Of a stretch of 64,000 bases of DNA, positions 13,541 through 26,571 are shown in pieces. The translations under genes were made by a program, and so were the position numbers. Each line of letters begins with the position of its first letter. Position 1 is the stretch's first letter. The notes beneath the pieces were generated by a model. That model saw only the letters and a list, made by a program, of their open reading frames with translations, was not told the DNA's origin and made no database searches. This DNA comes from Vitrella brassicaformis CCMP3155 (lineage: Eukaryota; Protista; Chromerida), in NCBI GenBank assembly GCA_001179505.1, contig CDMY01000138.1:62001-126000 (forward strand), in the 5' to 3' direction.

Positions 13541-15490
13541 TTAGTTGTTGACATCGCTAATGTCGGTCTCCATGCCCAAAGTGTACATCTGCGCAACAAA
13601 TCATGCGCCCACAGTTTTCGACACTCGATTTGATGGGCGCTCGGAATCGTCCTACCTGGAGATCTCCGCCCATTTTCGAGCTCCATGCCGCTCGAGCGCC
13701 ACCTGACACACAAGGGATTGTACAGCACTAAGACTCTGTGCCATCGAGACTCGTACCCACGAGATACACGACATTGTTCATCAGAGCGATACCTGAGGCA
13801 GAGAGGAAGATAGAGAAGAGCCATTGCTTTCACTCGATTGGTAGTGCCTACCAGCGCCGTGGATTTGCTGCGGCATGTCCGGCCCCATGATCCACTCTCC
13901 CTCCTCTTGGTTGCAGTCAGCCTCCGCCATCGCGCTAAGTGACACCGCAACGGGAGAGTCGCCGTCCACGTCAATCGAAGGCATCTTGTTCAGCTTCTTT
14001 AGCGTCTGTTGAGCCTTGGCCTTGCGCTTGGCACATAAATGGCTGGAAGGGAGAAACTCTATATTCTTGAGGGTATCCCTGTTGTTCTTCTCCCCTCCGC
14101 CCGCCATCAGATAGTCCCTATTGACGTTGATCAGGGCAAAACCAGCACGAGCATAGTTCATCGACGGTCCAGCCGACCACTCCCCGTTCTCTGGATCATA
14201 GATCTCCACGCTGTCCGTCTCGTCGATGGATCCGCCCCATCGCCCTCCCGCCACATAAATGACCTCATCCATCACAGCAGCTGCGACGTGCTCGCGGTGT
14301 TTCTTGGGCCCCTCTCTCTCCTCCCATGTGTCCGTCTTAGGGTCATAGACCATCATGCTCGGACGACGTAGCTCCAGGTTGTCGTCATTTCCGAAGGTCT
14401 CCTCCACACCACCAATCACATAGACCAGACCACCATGCGTCACGGCTGCACCGGCAGCTCTGGGCGACGGCATCGGTGCAACAGACTGAATCTCGTTGGT
14501 CTTGGAGCTGTACTTCCAAACGTCAGTCTCCGGCTGTCGGTCTCCCCATTCACCACTGTAGCCTACAAAGGAATCGGAAGAAAAGGAAATGCTTCCTGAC
14601 TGGCGATGTGGGTCGGTATCATTCTGCGGCCCACCTCCTAGGATGAGCATGCTGTCCGGCATCTCGGCTGCCGACTTGTCGGCATCAGGAAAGGCAGTAA
14701 CCATGAGGTGGTGTCTTGTCTCGGGGAGTTTTGCAACGGCTTCATCGTCGTCCCACTCGCCCTCTGCAGGGTCGTACCGCCGGATGGTATGACCCGAGCC
14801 CTTGAACCCACCCACAGAATAGATTTTGCCATCCGACAACGCTATCCCTTGGTGCTCTGCCTGATGGGGCGAGGGCATTGCGGGTCCGGTCTTCCACTTG
14901 CCCTGCGTGACGCTGCAGGGAACAAACGGCAGGCTGGCAAGTGGGATGGCTTCCGTCACTCCGTTGAGCGACACGTCTACACTGGATTCCGCGCCAACAG
15001 GGCACAGGTCGACGTGGGAGTGAGAGACTTCCTTTTTCTCGTCGCGAAGGATGCGAGGGGCAGTCGCCTGCTGCTCCAAGCAGGACGACGATGCGAGAGA
15101 GCCTGATTGCACAACAGCAACACGAACAAATGCGGACAAGACAAGTGGCACCAAAACACCGTGTTCATTGTACCGAGGAGAAGAAAAAGGAAGAACATCT
15201 TCTTCTGAGGCGTGGCTTTTTTTCGTGCGCGTTTCTAACGGCGACGATAGAATATAATGTGCTGGCGTCGATGTTTTGCCGCCGCGCTGTCGAAAGGCTC
15301 GCTGGAGTGCGGCTGTGGCGATGGCTCCGATGAGCGGGCGACAAATGCGGGAAAAACGCCCGTGAAAGACAAACTGTTGACTCTTTTCACTCCTCCCCCG
15401 AAGCGCCGTGGCGCCTTTGACATTCCTGGTGTGGAGAGAAAGGAAGGGGAGAGAGCGGGGGCTACAGCGGTGTCGGCTCATCCCCATCAT
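13541..15490 (-). CDS. Kelch-repeat beta-propeller protein
   Basis: Repeated Kelch motifs (IYSVGG...RYDP...W; VYVIGG...VYDPKTDTW; IYVAGG...EIYDPENGEWSAGPSMNYAR). Three small 3' exons (GIALMNNVVYLVG, GARAAWSSKMGGDLQ, MYTLGMETDISDVNN*) end at 13541. The start codon is uncertain. Confidence 0.85.
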
Positions 15491-15621
15491 CGCACCGTCT
15501 AGGCCCCTGTCCTCATTGCTCGTGCTCTACGTCGTGTTCGGCGCGCTCCGGGTGGAAAGGTCGGCACCCCTCTGCCATCCTTCCAGAAAAGGACTCGAGA
15601 TCATCCCCACTGTCTGTGAAG

Positions 15622-16649
15622 ATGGTGACGAGATGGGTAGATCTCACTGCGGGGAATAACCATTTGGGTTGTGATGTGGTGGCTCTCGACGACGTCAATG
15701 CGAATCTCTGCGACCTGAGGGCTGCCGTCTTCACCCGGCTGTCTGGAATCATCAGGTTTTACGTCCCCCTCGCTGGCGGTACGTGACACGTGGGGTGAGG
15801 GGACATCGAAAGACTGCGTTTGTGTTCCGTCAGCTTGCTCCCTCTATTTCCGAGGCACAAGCGGAGACTTGGGCAGACTCGACCAGCGTGTGGTGGACGA
15901 GTTTCCCGTTGAGGGCGACGCCAACCGGCACAAACGGCATGGACAGGACAGGGCACACGCCATACCGATGTGCATCCACACCAACAAACGAGAAGGGAAG
16001 GTGCGTACTCGTTGCTCGGGTGAAACAGCTCTCTCTCTCTCTCTCTCTGTATGTGTGAGTGTGTGTGTGTGTGTGTGATCCCGTCGATCAGGTGTGGGCG
16101 AGGGAGGTGGCCGTGGCCTTAGCGTGGGGCAGGCTGGTCTCACTGTGAGAGCGATTGGCGTCCCCGTTCCGACAGCATGAACGGGGCGCCCTGCTGCGCC
16201 GCGTTCCGTCGATTGGCCACACATACACCCGGCGCGGCAGCGGCACAGTGCCTCTCCTCCACGATCCAGCGACCGTCCTCACAGGCGACGGGGAGGAGAC
16301 CAGCACAGAGCCATCGACAAAGGCATTCCCCCAAATGGATTCCCCTTCCGAGCCGCAGAGACTCTGAGACGGGGCGAGCACCAACAATTTCTCGTCACTA
16401 CGGCTGACGGATGACATGTCTACTTCATGTTTGTGTGACGGATCAGTGGACGTACTGTGTGTCAATAATTGTGTCAGCATGAGGGTCTTCAAGGCAGCGG
16501 TGCAGATCATGCAGGACGCGGGATACCTCAACGAGCCGGATGAAGGTAGGGAGGAGCAGTGGAAGATGCCAGCATACCTCGACGACGACGAGATCGAGCC
16601 AATGGTTGATGCAAGGCTCATTCTGCCAGAGGACCCTTTCTTAGCCTGA
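15622..16649 (+). CDS. Hypothetical spliced gene, exon structure unresolved
   Basis: Protein-like exons MVTRWVDLTAG...DLRAAVFTRLSGIIRFYVPLAG, ACSLYFRGTSGDLGRLDQRVVDEF and RVFKAAVQIMQDAGYL...EDPFLA* are linked by plausible GT-AG introns. The overlapping minus ORF has the Ser-run signature of an antisense shadow. Confidence 0.4.
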
Positions 16650-16955
16650 CCACCGATCGTCGATGCGGTCTCTGGTTCCTGCAATTGGTGAACATGGCTG
16701 TGTCTGATCATGTGTCAGGGTTCTGGGGGCGTAGTAATAGTAGCTACGAAGGCGATTGTGTCCATTCCCCTTTTTGTCCTGCCGTGGTTGAGTGTCGTGT
16801 GAGCCTTGTGTTCATTGGTTGTGTGGAGACGTCTACTTGACTTGTACACATTATGCATGGGATGCGTGTCAATCAATGGGACGGACGGACACTCACTTCA
16901 TGACCTGTCTGTCTATTCGTACACACACTCACACTGACTACACCAACGCACCACG

Positions 16956-16986
<31 letters not shown>

Positions 16987-17897
16987 GACACCCCATCTAT
17001 CTTCAAAGCAGCGGACGTCTTTTGAGTGAGCCGGAGCTGTACAAATCGATGTGTGAGAGAGAGGATGATGTTGCGGATCGCTCGTGGTGTGAAGACGTTG
17101 ATGGCTAGCCACGATAACCGTGTTCACACCACTGCCTTTTCGCATGAGTGATAGATGGGGAGGGACCTTTGCATTTATTCACTCATGCGGTCCACCATCT
17201 ATCGCACCACATGCACACTGGACGCCATGAGCCCATGACAGCATCATCCTTTCGTCGCCGTCTACATATTATATTGTGGCTGTGTGTTGAGACCACTGAC
17301 GCGTCGTTCGATGTAATTTGACACCGAAACACAGGCATGCATGGAGGCAGCCATTAATCAGTCCACACGAATGCACAAGACACGCACAAACATGCACGAC
17401 GTCAAGTCTCTGTCCGACCAACCCACCCAGCTAAAAAGATGGGCGTGTGAGCGTGTGCATGCGTTGGCAGGTGGCCGGCCGATGTTGACGAAACTTGCCT
17501 GGGTGAACAAGGGGGAGGGCCCTGTGCATGCTTTTGTGTTTCCGCTGTTTGTCCCCCTCACACCCTCTCTCACATACTCACTCCCCCTGTGGGTGTGTCG
17601 ATGGACGGATGGCGTCTCCCTGTGGCTGAGTGGCTGGGGAGTGCTTTGAGTGCTTGTGAAAAGGAGTGCAGACATTGCATGTCAAAAAGGATGGCAGATA
17701 AGTACAGGTCCTACTATGATACAGATGCCTAGCTATGGTACAGATGACTCAGTCTGGTTTTCTTTCAGCTGCCACAGATACAAGACACGCCGACAGGCAG
17801 AGACGTGGTGGATGCCATGGATAAAGACCAAAGACTATCGATACACAAATATAGTAGAGGGTCGCTGACAGATACGTACTGGAAGGTCACTGTCTTG

Positions 17898-20133
17898 TCA
17901 CTCTGGTCTTGTCTCACACGAATGAACTGCTTTTTTGAAGTCTTGAGTCGTTGATGGAGTCAACGGGATCCTGTGAGACAGGTCGCAGTGTCGTATGTCT
18001 TCCACTTTTTCATTTGCCTTTGAAGGCCGCCGTCGCCGTCGCCTCGTGTTCTGTTCCCGCTGAAGCTGGCCCAGTCGTCTAACAAGGGCCACAAGGAACT
18101 GGCGAATGCCCTCACGGCTCAAGCAATCCCTGTGAAGAAGAACGCAACAGTAGTGAATGACTAGCATCCAGAGGGCAAAGGCTTGCACTAACCACGCGAA
18201 TCTGTGGCCGACCCAGGCTATTTGCCGCGCTACTGCATCGTTCTTTTGGAACCACTGCACTTGCCTCTGTAGATCACGTGCGCTCGAGAACGGAACCAGA
18301 AGCAGTCGCTTAAGCGGTGAATCGTAGAATTGAGACCCAAGGAAATTCAGCTGATCCTGGAACACGACAGCGCCACTCAGGAGAGAGAGGCGCAGCCGGT
18401 GAGACCACGGGCCAAACTGCGCCACAGAGAAATGGACAGAGAATAAGGTATTTTGCGTGTGTAAGACACATTGTTCACATCCTGACCCCTGATAGACGAT
18501 ACAGGACGCGTTGGCCATGGGGGAGAAAGAAAGATTGAGTGTCTTACCGACAAGGTCCAAGTGATATTTGTGTGTCAGTAGCTGCCTTTGCCACTCAGCC
18601 GATGACATCTCGGCAGCGCGACAGATATGAGACGCTTTGCAGCCCAGCTTGCTGCAGCCAACAACGAGAGAGAGGCATAGCAGTGTCAAGAAGGATGGCC
18701 TACGTCTGTCCTACCGCTGCAGCTCAAGAGCTTTGCCGGTGCAGTTCTTGCCGGGTGTTTTCGGATTGTCGCCGTCGGCGATATAGAAGGCATCGGACAG
18801 CGCTGGATCGAGAACACTCATCTCACAGGCCAGCCTCACACGCGACTCATCAGTCATCCTGGAACACCAGCAAGAAGTCGCAACTCACACAAGTCGAGTT
18901 CTACCTTCCGACGAAGAAGACGGCCTCACGCTTGCCGCCCCACATGCGCTTCCATATCTCCTGGGACATCCCATTGTCTGCCGATCCAGTCAGATTCGTC
19001 CGAATCCATGTCTCCTCATCGTTATTATACTGAAAGTAGGGTAGTGCAGGTATGTCCCACGTGTGGGCAGGATACGACGAGGTCGACAGCAGCAGTCCAT
19101 TCGGAATGCCACCATCGGGGCCTCCGACAGGGAGATCGGAGGCAAATTCCAGATCAAAGCCTCCTGTTCTGTTCCTGGTTGCAACAAGGTCTTGATCCTT
19201 TGATGCGCACAGGTTGAATGCGTTTTTCGACGCACTCGTTCGCCTGAAATCAAGAGGATAGTGAGAGACCACAGTGCCGAAACCAGCGAAAGGAAATACC
19301 ACACACTTTACCACATTCGTGGGCAATCTTCCATCTGTGTATGGTGAAGCACACGTGAAATGCCTTTAACGAATGGCGGTGTTTAGATAGGCCTTGCCTG
19401 TATCGTCAGATTTGCATTTGGCAGATGGATGCCCTGCGAAATCGCGTAATCGATCGCCTCAGCGAAGCGCCGCAAGACAAGATGGGGATAGCTGGGAGAT
19501 CGACTGAGCTTCCAATAATTGTGCGGGTGGCATTTCACTAACGGGTGACCTGCAGACATCACAACACACAATAGAACACGCCCACCGAAAGACACTATTG
19601 ACCATACAATAAAGTCGTCCGTCGACCAGACTTATTCGGAATGGCTGATAGCGCAGATACGGTATCTGCACGGCAGCGTCTGCAACGCGCTGCACGGCAG
19701 GTTTGCCCAACTCCGAGCTCAGCTTCTGAAGACCTTGCACAGCGGGGAAGAACAGGGACTTGTCTGTTTTGGGATGGCGCGTCCGAACCTTTCAGAGTGG
19801 GATTCTGGTCAAGCGCTTCCTCCCAATAGCGGTCGCTGCTCGAAGCGGATAGATATTCCAAGGACAGAATAAAATATTGTGACCCGGTTCCCACCAATGG
19901 TTTCTGAGCAGGTCATCAAGTCGGCCTGCGAACAATTTCAAGGCCGCAAGGTTGATCGGGGCTTCGTTGCTACCAGAAGCGTCGTGACTCGTAAGAGCTG
20001 TTTCCTCTTCGGACGGCCGCTCGACGTACAGAAGCGTGGCGGGAAGTCGAGACCGGTTGACAGCGATGATGATGACGATGGAAATGGCAACAAGAGCCAG
20101 CCCCAGCTGATGATATTGCAACCGCGGGTTCAT
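17898..20133 (-). CDS. Glycosyltransferase family 90 (CAP10/POGLUT-like), type II membrane protein
   Basis: N-terminal TM helix (LGLALVAISIVIIIAV), then FRISLVDGRLY, DIPALPYF, WGGKREAVFFVGR, HKYHLDLVG, WSHRLRLSLLSGAVVF and DLQRQVQWFQKNDAVARQIAWVGHRFA, matching the GT90 C-terminal pattern. Confidence 0.8.
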
Positions 20134-20382
20134 CTCTTAGATGATATCACGGGCTACGAGCCTGATGTGGAATAATCGCCTACGCTCCTCTATTCTGGAC
20201 TCGTCGTCAAGTACGAAATCAATCCTCTCTCTCTTGCTCTTGTTTCGTGCCGTGGCTCCCGTCCATGCTTGTTCTCGTCCCTGGCGTGCTCTCGTCTGGC
20301 CAAAAAAACCTGGTCACATCGACGTTTACGCTAACGCTCACTGCCCCCTTCAGAGCCAACCCGCACATATCTGTATTTCAGT

Positions 20383-23300
20383 ATGGTTGTCTGTGGCTGG
20401 CGTCTCCCTGCCGTCGCTTTGTTTCTCCTACACCTTTTGCCGCTCGCGCAGACGAATGCCTTGAAAAGAGGCCAGAGCCAGAGCCTCAGGCGAGTTCAAG
20501 TAGAGGGTCCGTTCACGTACGTCCACCCACCTCCAGGAGGCGTCCTTGTAGCATCCAAAGTGAGAAAGAGAAAACTCGGAACAACAGAAACTGTCTCTTG
20601 ATGTGGTGTATGGTCAGACGGCAATTATCGTGAGAGCCGCATCGAGGGTCACGGAGGACTCCATATCAGGCAAGATCTCAGCGACAGTCCAGGGTGCCCA
20701 AGTCGATGGCCGTACATCGCTGTCGCTAGATGGACAGACGATCGTTTTCGTGCCCTTTGTTCCATTCGAATGTACGCAATGTGTGTCACGAGCGGAACAA
20801 CGATTGAAGCACTGCTTGTGTGTGTTCGCGCAGCGGGGGCACATGTTGTCACGGAGGTCTTCCCGGGCATCGTGTCGGCTGATGGGGATGTGCTGAGTGG
20901 GAGCGCTGAGTGGGAGTTTCATGTCGCCACTGTCGATCCTGAAGGATTCATTGTGGGGGCGAAGGATCTAAGCGGCACCTTGTTTGCGAATCCCATGCGC
21001 CAGTACGACGACGGGCTGATAAGACCTATCGGTAGGTGTTGCTCCCAGTCAGCAGCGTATGCATAATCTGCGGCTATGCGCCAGGCAACGACACCCTCAC
21101 AAATGGCGTTCAACGATACGGACCGCTCTACGACAACGGCAAGGCGATGGCGATTTATGATGGGCCGCTCTCTCTTGATCCGCGAGCACGGTATCGAGGC
21201 TATCGGACAATACCTCCAACCTTCCCCAAGATTCGGTAGTATCCACAGATTACGGGAAACACTACATGAACGACTGCTGTGAATACAGGGTCAATGTGGC
21301 CCCGAAAGAGGGCGAGGTCGCAGAGGGTTACATCTTCATCGGCACGAACATTGCCTTTGTTGGAAACGACGCACTCGACTCGCAGTTCTACGCATACACA
21401 CTCGTATGCATCGTAGCTGCGAGCCGCCTTTCTGTCAATCGTCTAGCTACCTATGTGGTGGCTTTGCAGATTCTCGACAGTGGTGGTGACGTCGTCTGGT
21501 ACCATCAGCATGAGCCTCTCCCTCAGTTTGCACTGGTGGAGGGTGAGCATTTGACAGCGCACGCAGGTCGAGGCTGGACGTGGGCTTTGTACACCTCTGT
21601 GCCGAATGACGGCAGATAGAAGAGCCAAGGGAGAGCTCATGGCGAACGGAGAGGTATCTTTGTTGCTTGACGAAGGGGATTCGCGGCGCACCTACACATT
21701 CAACAATCACTATCAGCTCGTCAAAGGTAAAGACAAAGCGACTCACGCAAAGAAAAGACTCCTCCTGGCGTGACTCAATGCTGCTGTGGTCCGTCTGCTT
21801 TGTTTTCCAAGAATACAGCCCAGCCGCAGGATATGCACACATCCCCGCAGGTCGAGCACCTGCATCTGGTGTCTTCTGTTTGGCCACCCCTCTGATTGGT
21901 CTGTGTATGTCCATGTGTGAATAAAAATGCGCATGACTTTCAGGTTACTTTCAAGTGGTCACCAACACAAGAGACCAACAATCAAAGAGTGATGGGGTCG
22001 TGCAGGTCAATTCGGACGGCAGCTACCTTATTCTCCTGACCGTGCGGCACACACTGGACCTCACGGGCATGGTCGAGGGCGGGAAGGCGGACGATATCGT
22101 CCTTGACCATGTTGTCCAAGAATTTGATCTTTCAGGTGGGTGGATTTGCATCCGTGGGTGAATGACATTTTGTCTGTGGTCGAGTGCACATGTGCGCAGA
22201 CACGCTGGTATTCGAGTGGAGGTCTTGGGACCACTTCACGCACGAGCAGCTGCTCAAGTGGACAGACGTGGAGAAGGCCCACTTGAATGGCGACTGGGAC
22301 CTCATGCATCTTAACGCGTGAGTCGACTTACTTGCCAGAGGGCCATATCGATCGCACGTACAACTTGAAATGCTACGACTCTGTGCGACTTGTGCATCAA
22401 TCCATGCATGGCTATGCCGTGACGACATGATCAGTCTATCGTGTAAGTGCGCGCACCTACTCGACGACGGAGGTGAGTCCCTCTTGGTTGGTATGCGTGT
22501 TCGTCGGTATGGCATCAGGGACGCCAGATGGTCACCTGCTCTTCTCCTTGCCGTCATTATCCGGCGCGATCAAGGTACGCCAGACACGCTGACTCACGAC
22601 TGGAGGGAGAATGGCTTTTTGTGCTCAGGTCAATCGAGGTACAGGTTGCCGAAGAAGGTATGGCTCAAACTTTCCCTCCACTCCTGTGCGCGCGCAGAAA
22701 CTGGAGACGTGATGTGGCGCATCTTCGGCAACGAGGCATTCAATCAGTTCACCTTCGATCCCCCCTTCTATCCATCCATTTCCCACCAGCACGACGTCCG
22801 CTTCAGCGGCCCGAACACCATCACACGTAGATAGACTGAGTGAAGGAGAGAGCACCCTCATGAAGCATTCTGCCTGTGTGTCAGTGTTTGACAACGGAAA
22901 CAACAACAATCCTACAGTCTCAAGTGAGTGATACAGGGGAGGACTGCCGGAAAGGAACCTATCTGTTGCCTGTGCCTGTCTCTATGCATCAAAGGGGCTC
23001 TTGAGTTCGAGGTGAATGGATTGATGTCGGATGGCTATGCATCCATGCGCACATCCCGCCGAGATTCTCGCCCACCGACATCTCTCTCTCCTCCTCTCTC
23101 TCTCTCTCTCTCTGCCTGATAGATTGACGAAGAGAGCCGCACAGCCCGCCTGATCTTCAGCTTCTCTGACGAGAACCGCTTCTCTATGTGCCAAGGGTCT
23201 ACCCAGAGACTGAGTAATGGCAACATCGCCATCGGCTGGGGTGGGCTCAACCTGACTGACCCGCTTCCCTTCTACACGGAGGTCACTCGCACAGGAGAAA

Positions 23301-24070
23301 TCGTGTTGGAGCTCCAGGTAAATCAACCTGCACAAGGCTCCTCGTGCTTTTCAGCAGATGGAGAGCGATGCCCATGTTGTTTGTCACTAGATGGAGAGCG
23401 ATGCGAACGCCTATCGTGCGCGGAAGCATGACTGGGCGAAGGCCATACCTGTGTGGCCACCCGCCATTGTTCTCGATATGAACGAAGGAGAATGGAGTGA
23501 CGACAGACCACCAAGGCTGCACTACAGGCAAGGCGACAGGAGTGTGGCGTGGGCCCTAACCAGGACACAATGTTAAGGATGCGATGTCTTTGCGTGGGTT
23601 CAGCTGGAATGGTGCGACTGTCGTGTCTGGGTGGCGAGTGTACGCTGGCGTGGATCCCGATTTGTTGGAGCTTGTTGCTGAGCATCCGCGGGAGGCCTTC
23701 GAGCACTACCTCGACCTGGGCCACGGCAGCCCATTCTACCCGGTGGGCAATTGTGTTTACTATCAGGTCGAGCCAGTGGGTGTAGGTGGACAGGCCTTCA
23801 TGAGGTCCGCTCTTCTCTCATCGCCTTCGTGTGCCCAAGAAGATGTCTCTTAGTGGACAGAGGGCGACGTAGATCGAGAGAGGCAGGGGATCATGACAGC
23901 TCTAGTGGTGAGTGCATGGAGGGGAGTTTTGAACTTCTGATGTCCTCCCTCCACATGCAATTTATGTGAGGAGTGTGTGAAGTTTGTGTCCCATAGTTTC
24001 ATGCACTGACCGTCCTATCAGCAATGTCTGAATTTTGTACGAGGGGAGTGAGAACAAGGGGAGTTAGTTA
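20383..24070 (+). CDS. Secreted arylsulfotransferase (ASST)-like protein, multi-exon
   Basis: Signal peptide at ATG 20383. Motifs VFEWRSWDH, DLMHLN, GDVMWRIFG, ISHQHDVRF, CQGSTQRLSNGNIAIGWG, YRARKHDW and SWNGATVVSGWRVYAG...AFE match the arylsulfotransferase_2 (fungal/actinobacterial-type) pattern. The 3' end is uncertain (about 23850-24070). Confidence 0.8.
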
Positions 24071-25070
24071 GCGAAGGTTGTTCTGCAGCCATCCAGCTAT
24101 GCATTCTCTCTTCTGCTGAAATGCATGAGGAGTGTTGGTTTTGCAATGGCCAGCCACTGTCTGTTGAAGCAGTACGTGGGTCCCCCGTGAACTTGTTGTA
24201 CTGTAGGCACCGAAAGTAAGGTGAGAAGAAGACGGGCGAGACATGGCGGACCCAATTACGGGCACTCTTTTGTCGCGTTGGTGTGTCTGTGTTGACTGGT
24301 GTATGACAACTCAATTCATCTCGGACGATGGTGCATCGAATATGTCGTGGAATCGTCCTTCACTGCCCGCCACTTTTTTTGGCGCCGAATGCTTCTACGC
24401 ACTCGTCCAAAGTTTGCGTCTCCAATACACAACAACACACTGGCATTCACCAGTCTCACGTACGTCACTGAAGGCCAGCTCAAAGCGTGGCCCAAAAAGA
24501 AACATAAGAGAGGCACCATGCGTGCATGTGATATGGTTTGACTACTCTGGCTGATTCATTCGAGGCTCGATTTCAACATGCTTAACACGAACATCTGAGA
24601 AGAGCCGTCCGTGTTTATTGCATCATGTCTCTCCCTCAGAGGAGCCATGGATGTCTTTTGGCACACAAGGCTCAAGTCAGGAGCTCACGAGATCCCCCTC
24701 CCGTCCCCCTTGTGGCCTGTGACCACAGCACACGCACCGCCTACATAATGGACGGAAGTGCTGCCTCTGCAGCGTGGGAAGACAGAGAATAGCATGAGTC
24801 GACGACTGTCGATGCCATGTAGAAGGAAAAATGAATTGGTTACCATTGGCATGGTACAGGCATGATTAGCTCGTGCGACCAACAAAGGCCGAGCCAACGG
24901 CACAATGCAAAGACTAATACGTGTCAACGTGCACAAGAGAAAGCAAAAGCACCACCACCCCCAACGACCCAAAACATGCAGCGAAGTGGGCATGCAATCT
25001 ACATGTACTGCCTTGCTCGCGACGCATCGGCATGGACAAAGACACTGACCGACGAGCGGAGTAAAGGCAA

Positions 25071-26062
25071 TCAGCTGCCCGTCAGGATAGTCGCATCACT
25101 GGTGATTTTGGCGCCATCAGCACCCTTGATGCTTTCCCTGGGCTCACAACTGCCGTCGTGCGGCTGCTCGGTATAGCGCTGCACACATGCCAAGACACAC
25201 AATGAAGGGAAGACAGACTACGTGTCCTTTCCTCTTCAGATGCGCGCCGTACCACTCGGCATTTGCTGGGGGAACCTTCGCCTTTTGCACACCGTATCTG
25301 CACCGGCGAATGCCCACATGCGGACACGTACGTGTGTGGGTAATAGTCTATGCTCACCTCTACGGAGACCCCATTGAGGTCGTCGCCATCGGGAGGCGCG
25401 TCGCCCTCCAATGTCTCTATCTTCAACCAAATGGCGTCCTCAGAGACATTCGGGCTATCGCTGCCTGTCTCGCTTTCTTCGCAATCACTCGTTGCGGCTC
25501 TGACGGGCACACAGACGAGGGTGTGTGTAGGGGCAAAGGGATCAAAGCAAGGTACCCACCCATTCTTTCGAATGCAAGCTTTCAGGTCCGCATCTCCTTC
25601 TTCGCTGTCGAGGCCTGGCAGAGTCACAGAGAACCACCACAGTGGACGCTGAAGCTTGGCTGACATCAGTGCTTACCGACAGCCAGGTATTTCAAGGGGG
25701 AATCCTCCTCCCAGTTCACAACCACTTCTTCGGTTTTCCCCTCCGCGATGGAAAACGTCCGGTCGTTCCTGGTTTCTGATGAAATGAGTGCACACACACA
25801 TGTCAGGCTCTCCATGTTGTCTTTCTGAGCTTTTGCCCTGTGGACGCACCCGGGCACGCTGCAAGAGAGCGGAAGTGGCGCACACCTGACGCAGAGAGCG
25901 AGATGGGAATGGCGCACAAAGAAGAGAAGGCAAGCAGGCGGCAAGCGGCCATCGTGTTCTGGTGCGTCCCGTTGTCTGCCCTCGCTCACTTGGTCCGGCC
26001 AGCCCAGGAGAGGCAAAGAAGGACAGGCAGAAGAGAACGGCGAGGGTCGGGAGGGAGACCAT
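25071..26062 (-). CDS. Secreted Cys-containing orphan protein (paralog A)
   Basis: Signal peptide MVSLPTLAVLFCLSFFASPGLAG. Spliced exons give VNWEEDSPLKYLAVG, DSEEGDADLKAC, IWLKIETLEGD, IRCAKGEGSPSKCR and HDGSCEPRESIKGADGAKITSDATILTGS*. Homologous to 26572-27707. Confidence 0.75.
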
Positions 26063-26181
26063 GATGAGTGCGCACGCAGAGGAAGAAGCCTGGTGGAGTG
26101 GAAATCCAGCGGCCTTCCAGATCCAGATTTTTCCACCCGTTACTCCCGTTATTTGTACATCGTTGCCCCCCCCCCCCCCCT

Positions 26182-26481
26182 NNNNNNNNNNNNNNNNNNN
26201 NNNNNNNNNNNNNNNNNNNNNNNNNNNNNNNNNNNNNNNNNNNNNNNNNNNNNNNNNNNNNNNNNNNNNNNNNNNNNNNNNNNNNNNNNNNNNNNNNNNN
26301 NNNNNNNNNNNNNNNNNNNNNNNNNNNNNNNNNNNNNNNNNNNNNNNNNNNNNNNNNNNNNNNNNNNNNNNNNNNNNNNNNNNNNNNNNNNNNNNNNNNN
26401 NNNNNNNNNNNNNNNNNNNNNNNNNNNNNNNNNNNNNNNNNNNNNNNNNNNNNNNNNNNNNNNNNNNNNNNNNNNNNNNNN
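26182..26481. other. Assembly gap (300 N) flanked on both sides by poly-C
   Basis: 300 N characters, with a long C run to the left and a C9 run to the right. Confidence 1.
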
Positions 26482-26571
26482 CCCCCCCCCTTTTTTGGAC
26501 CGTAACGGTCAGAAAGGGGGATTTATGATTGCTGTACGTTGTGTGAAAAAGGCTCGCTCCCCCGCTCCCGC

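Noticed and set aside
16092-16649. Two in-frame TGA codons suggesting a selenoprotein or readthrough
   Set aside because: Plausible alternative GT-AG introns can remove them, and I see no SECIS-like element downstream.
19792-19900. Apparent premature stop in the GT90 gene
   Set aside because: It is removed by an in-phase intron (gtcaca...gtgcaag) with a good polypyrimidine tract.
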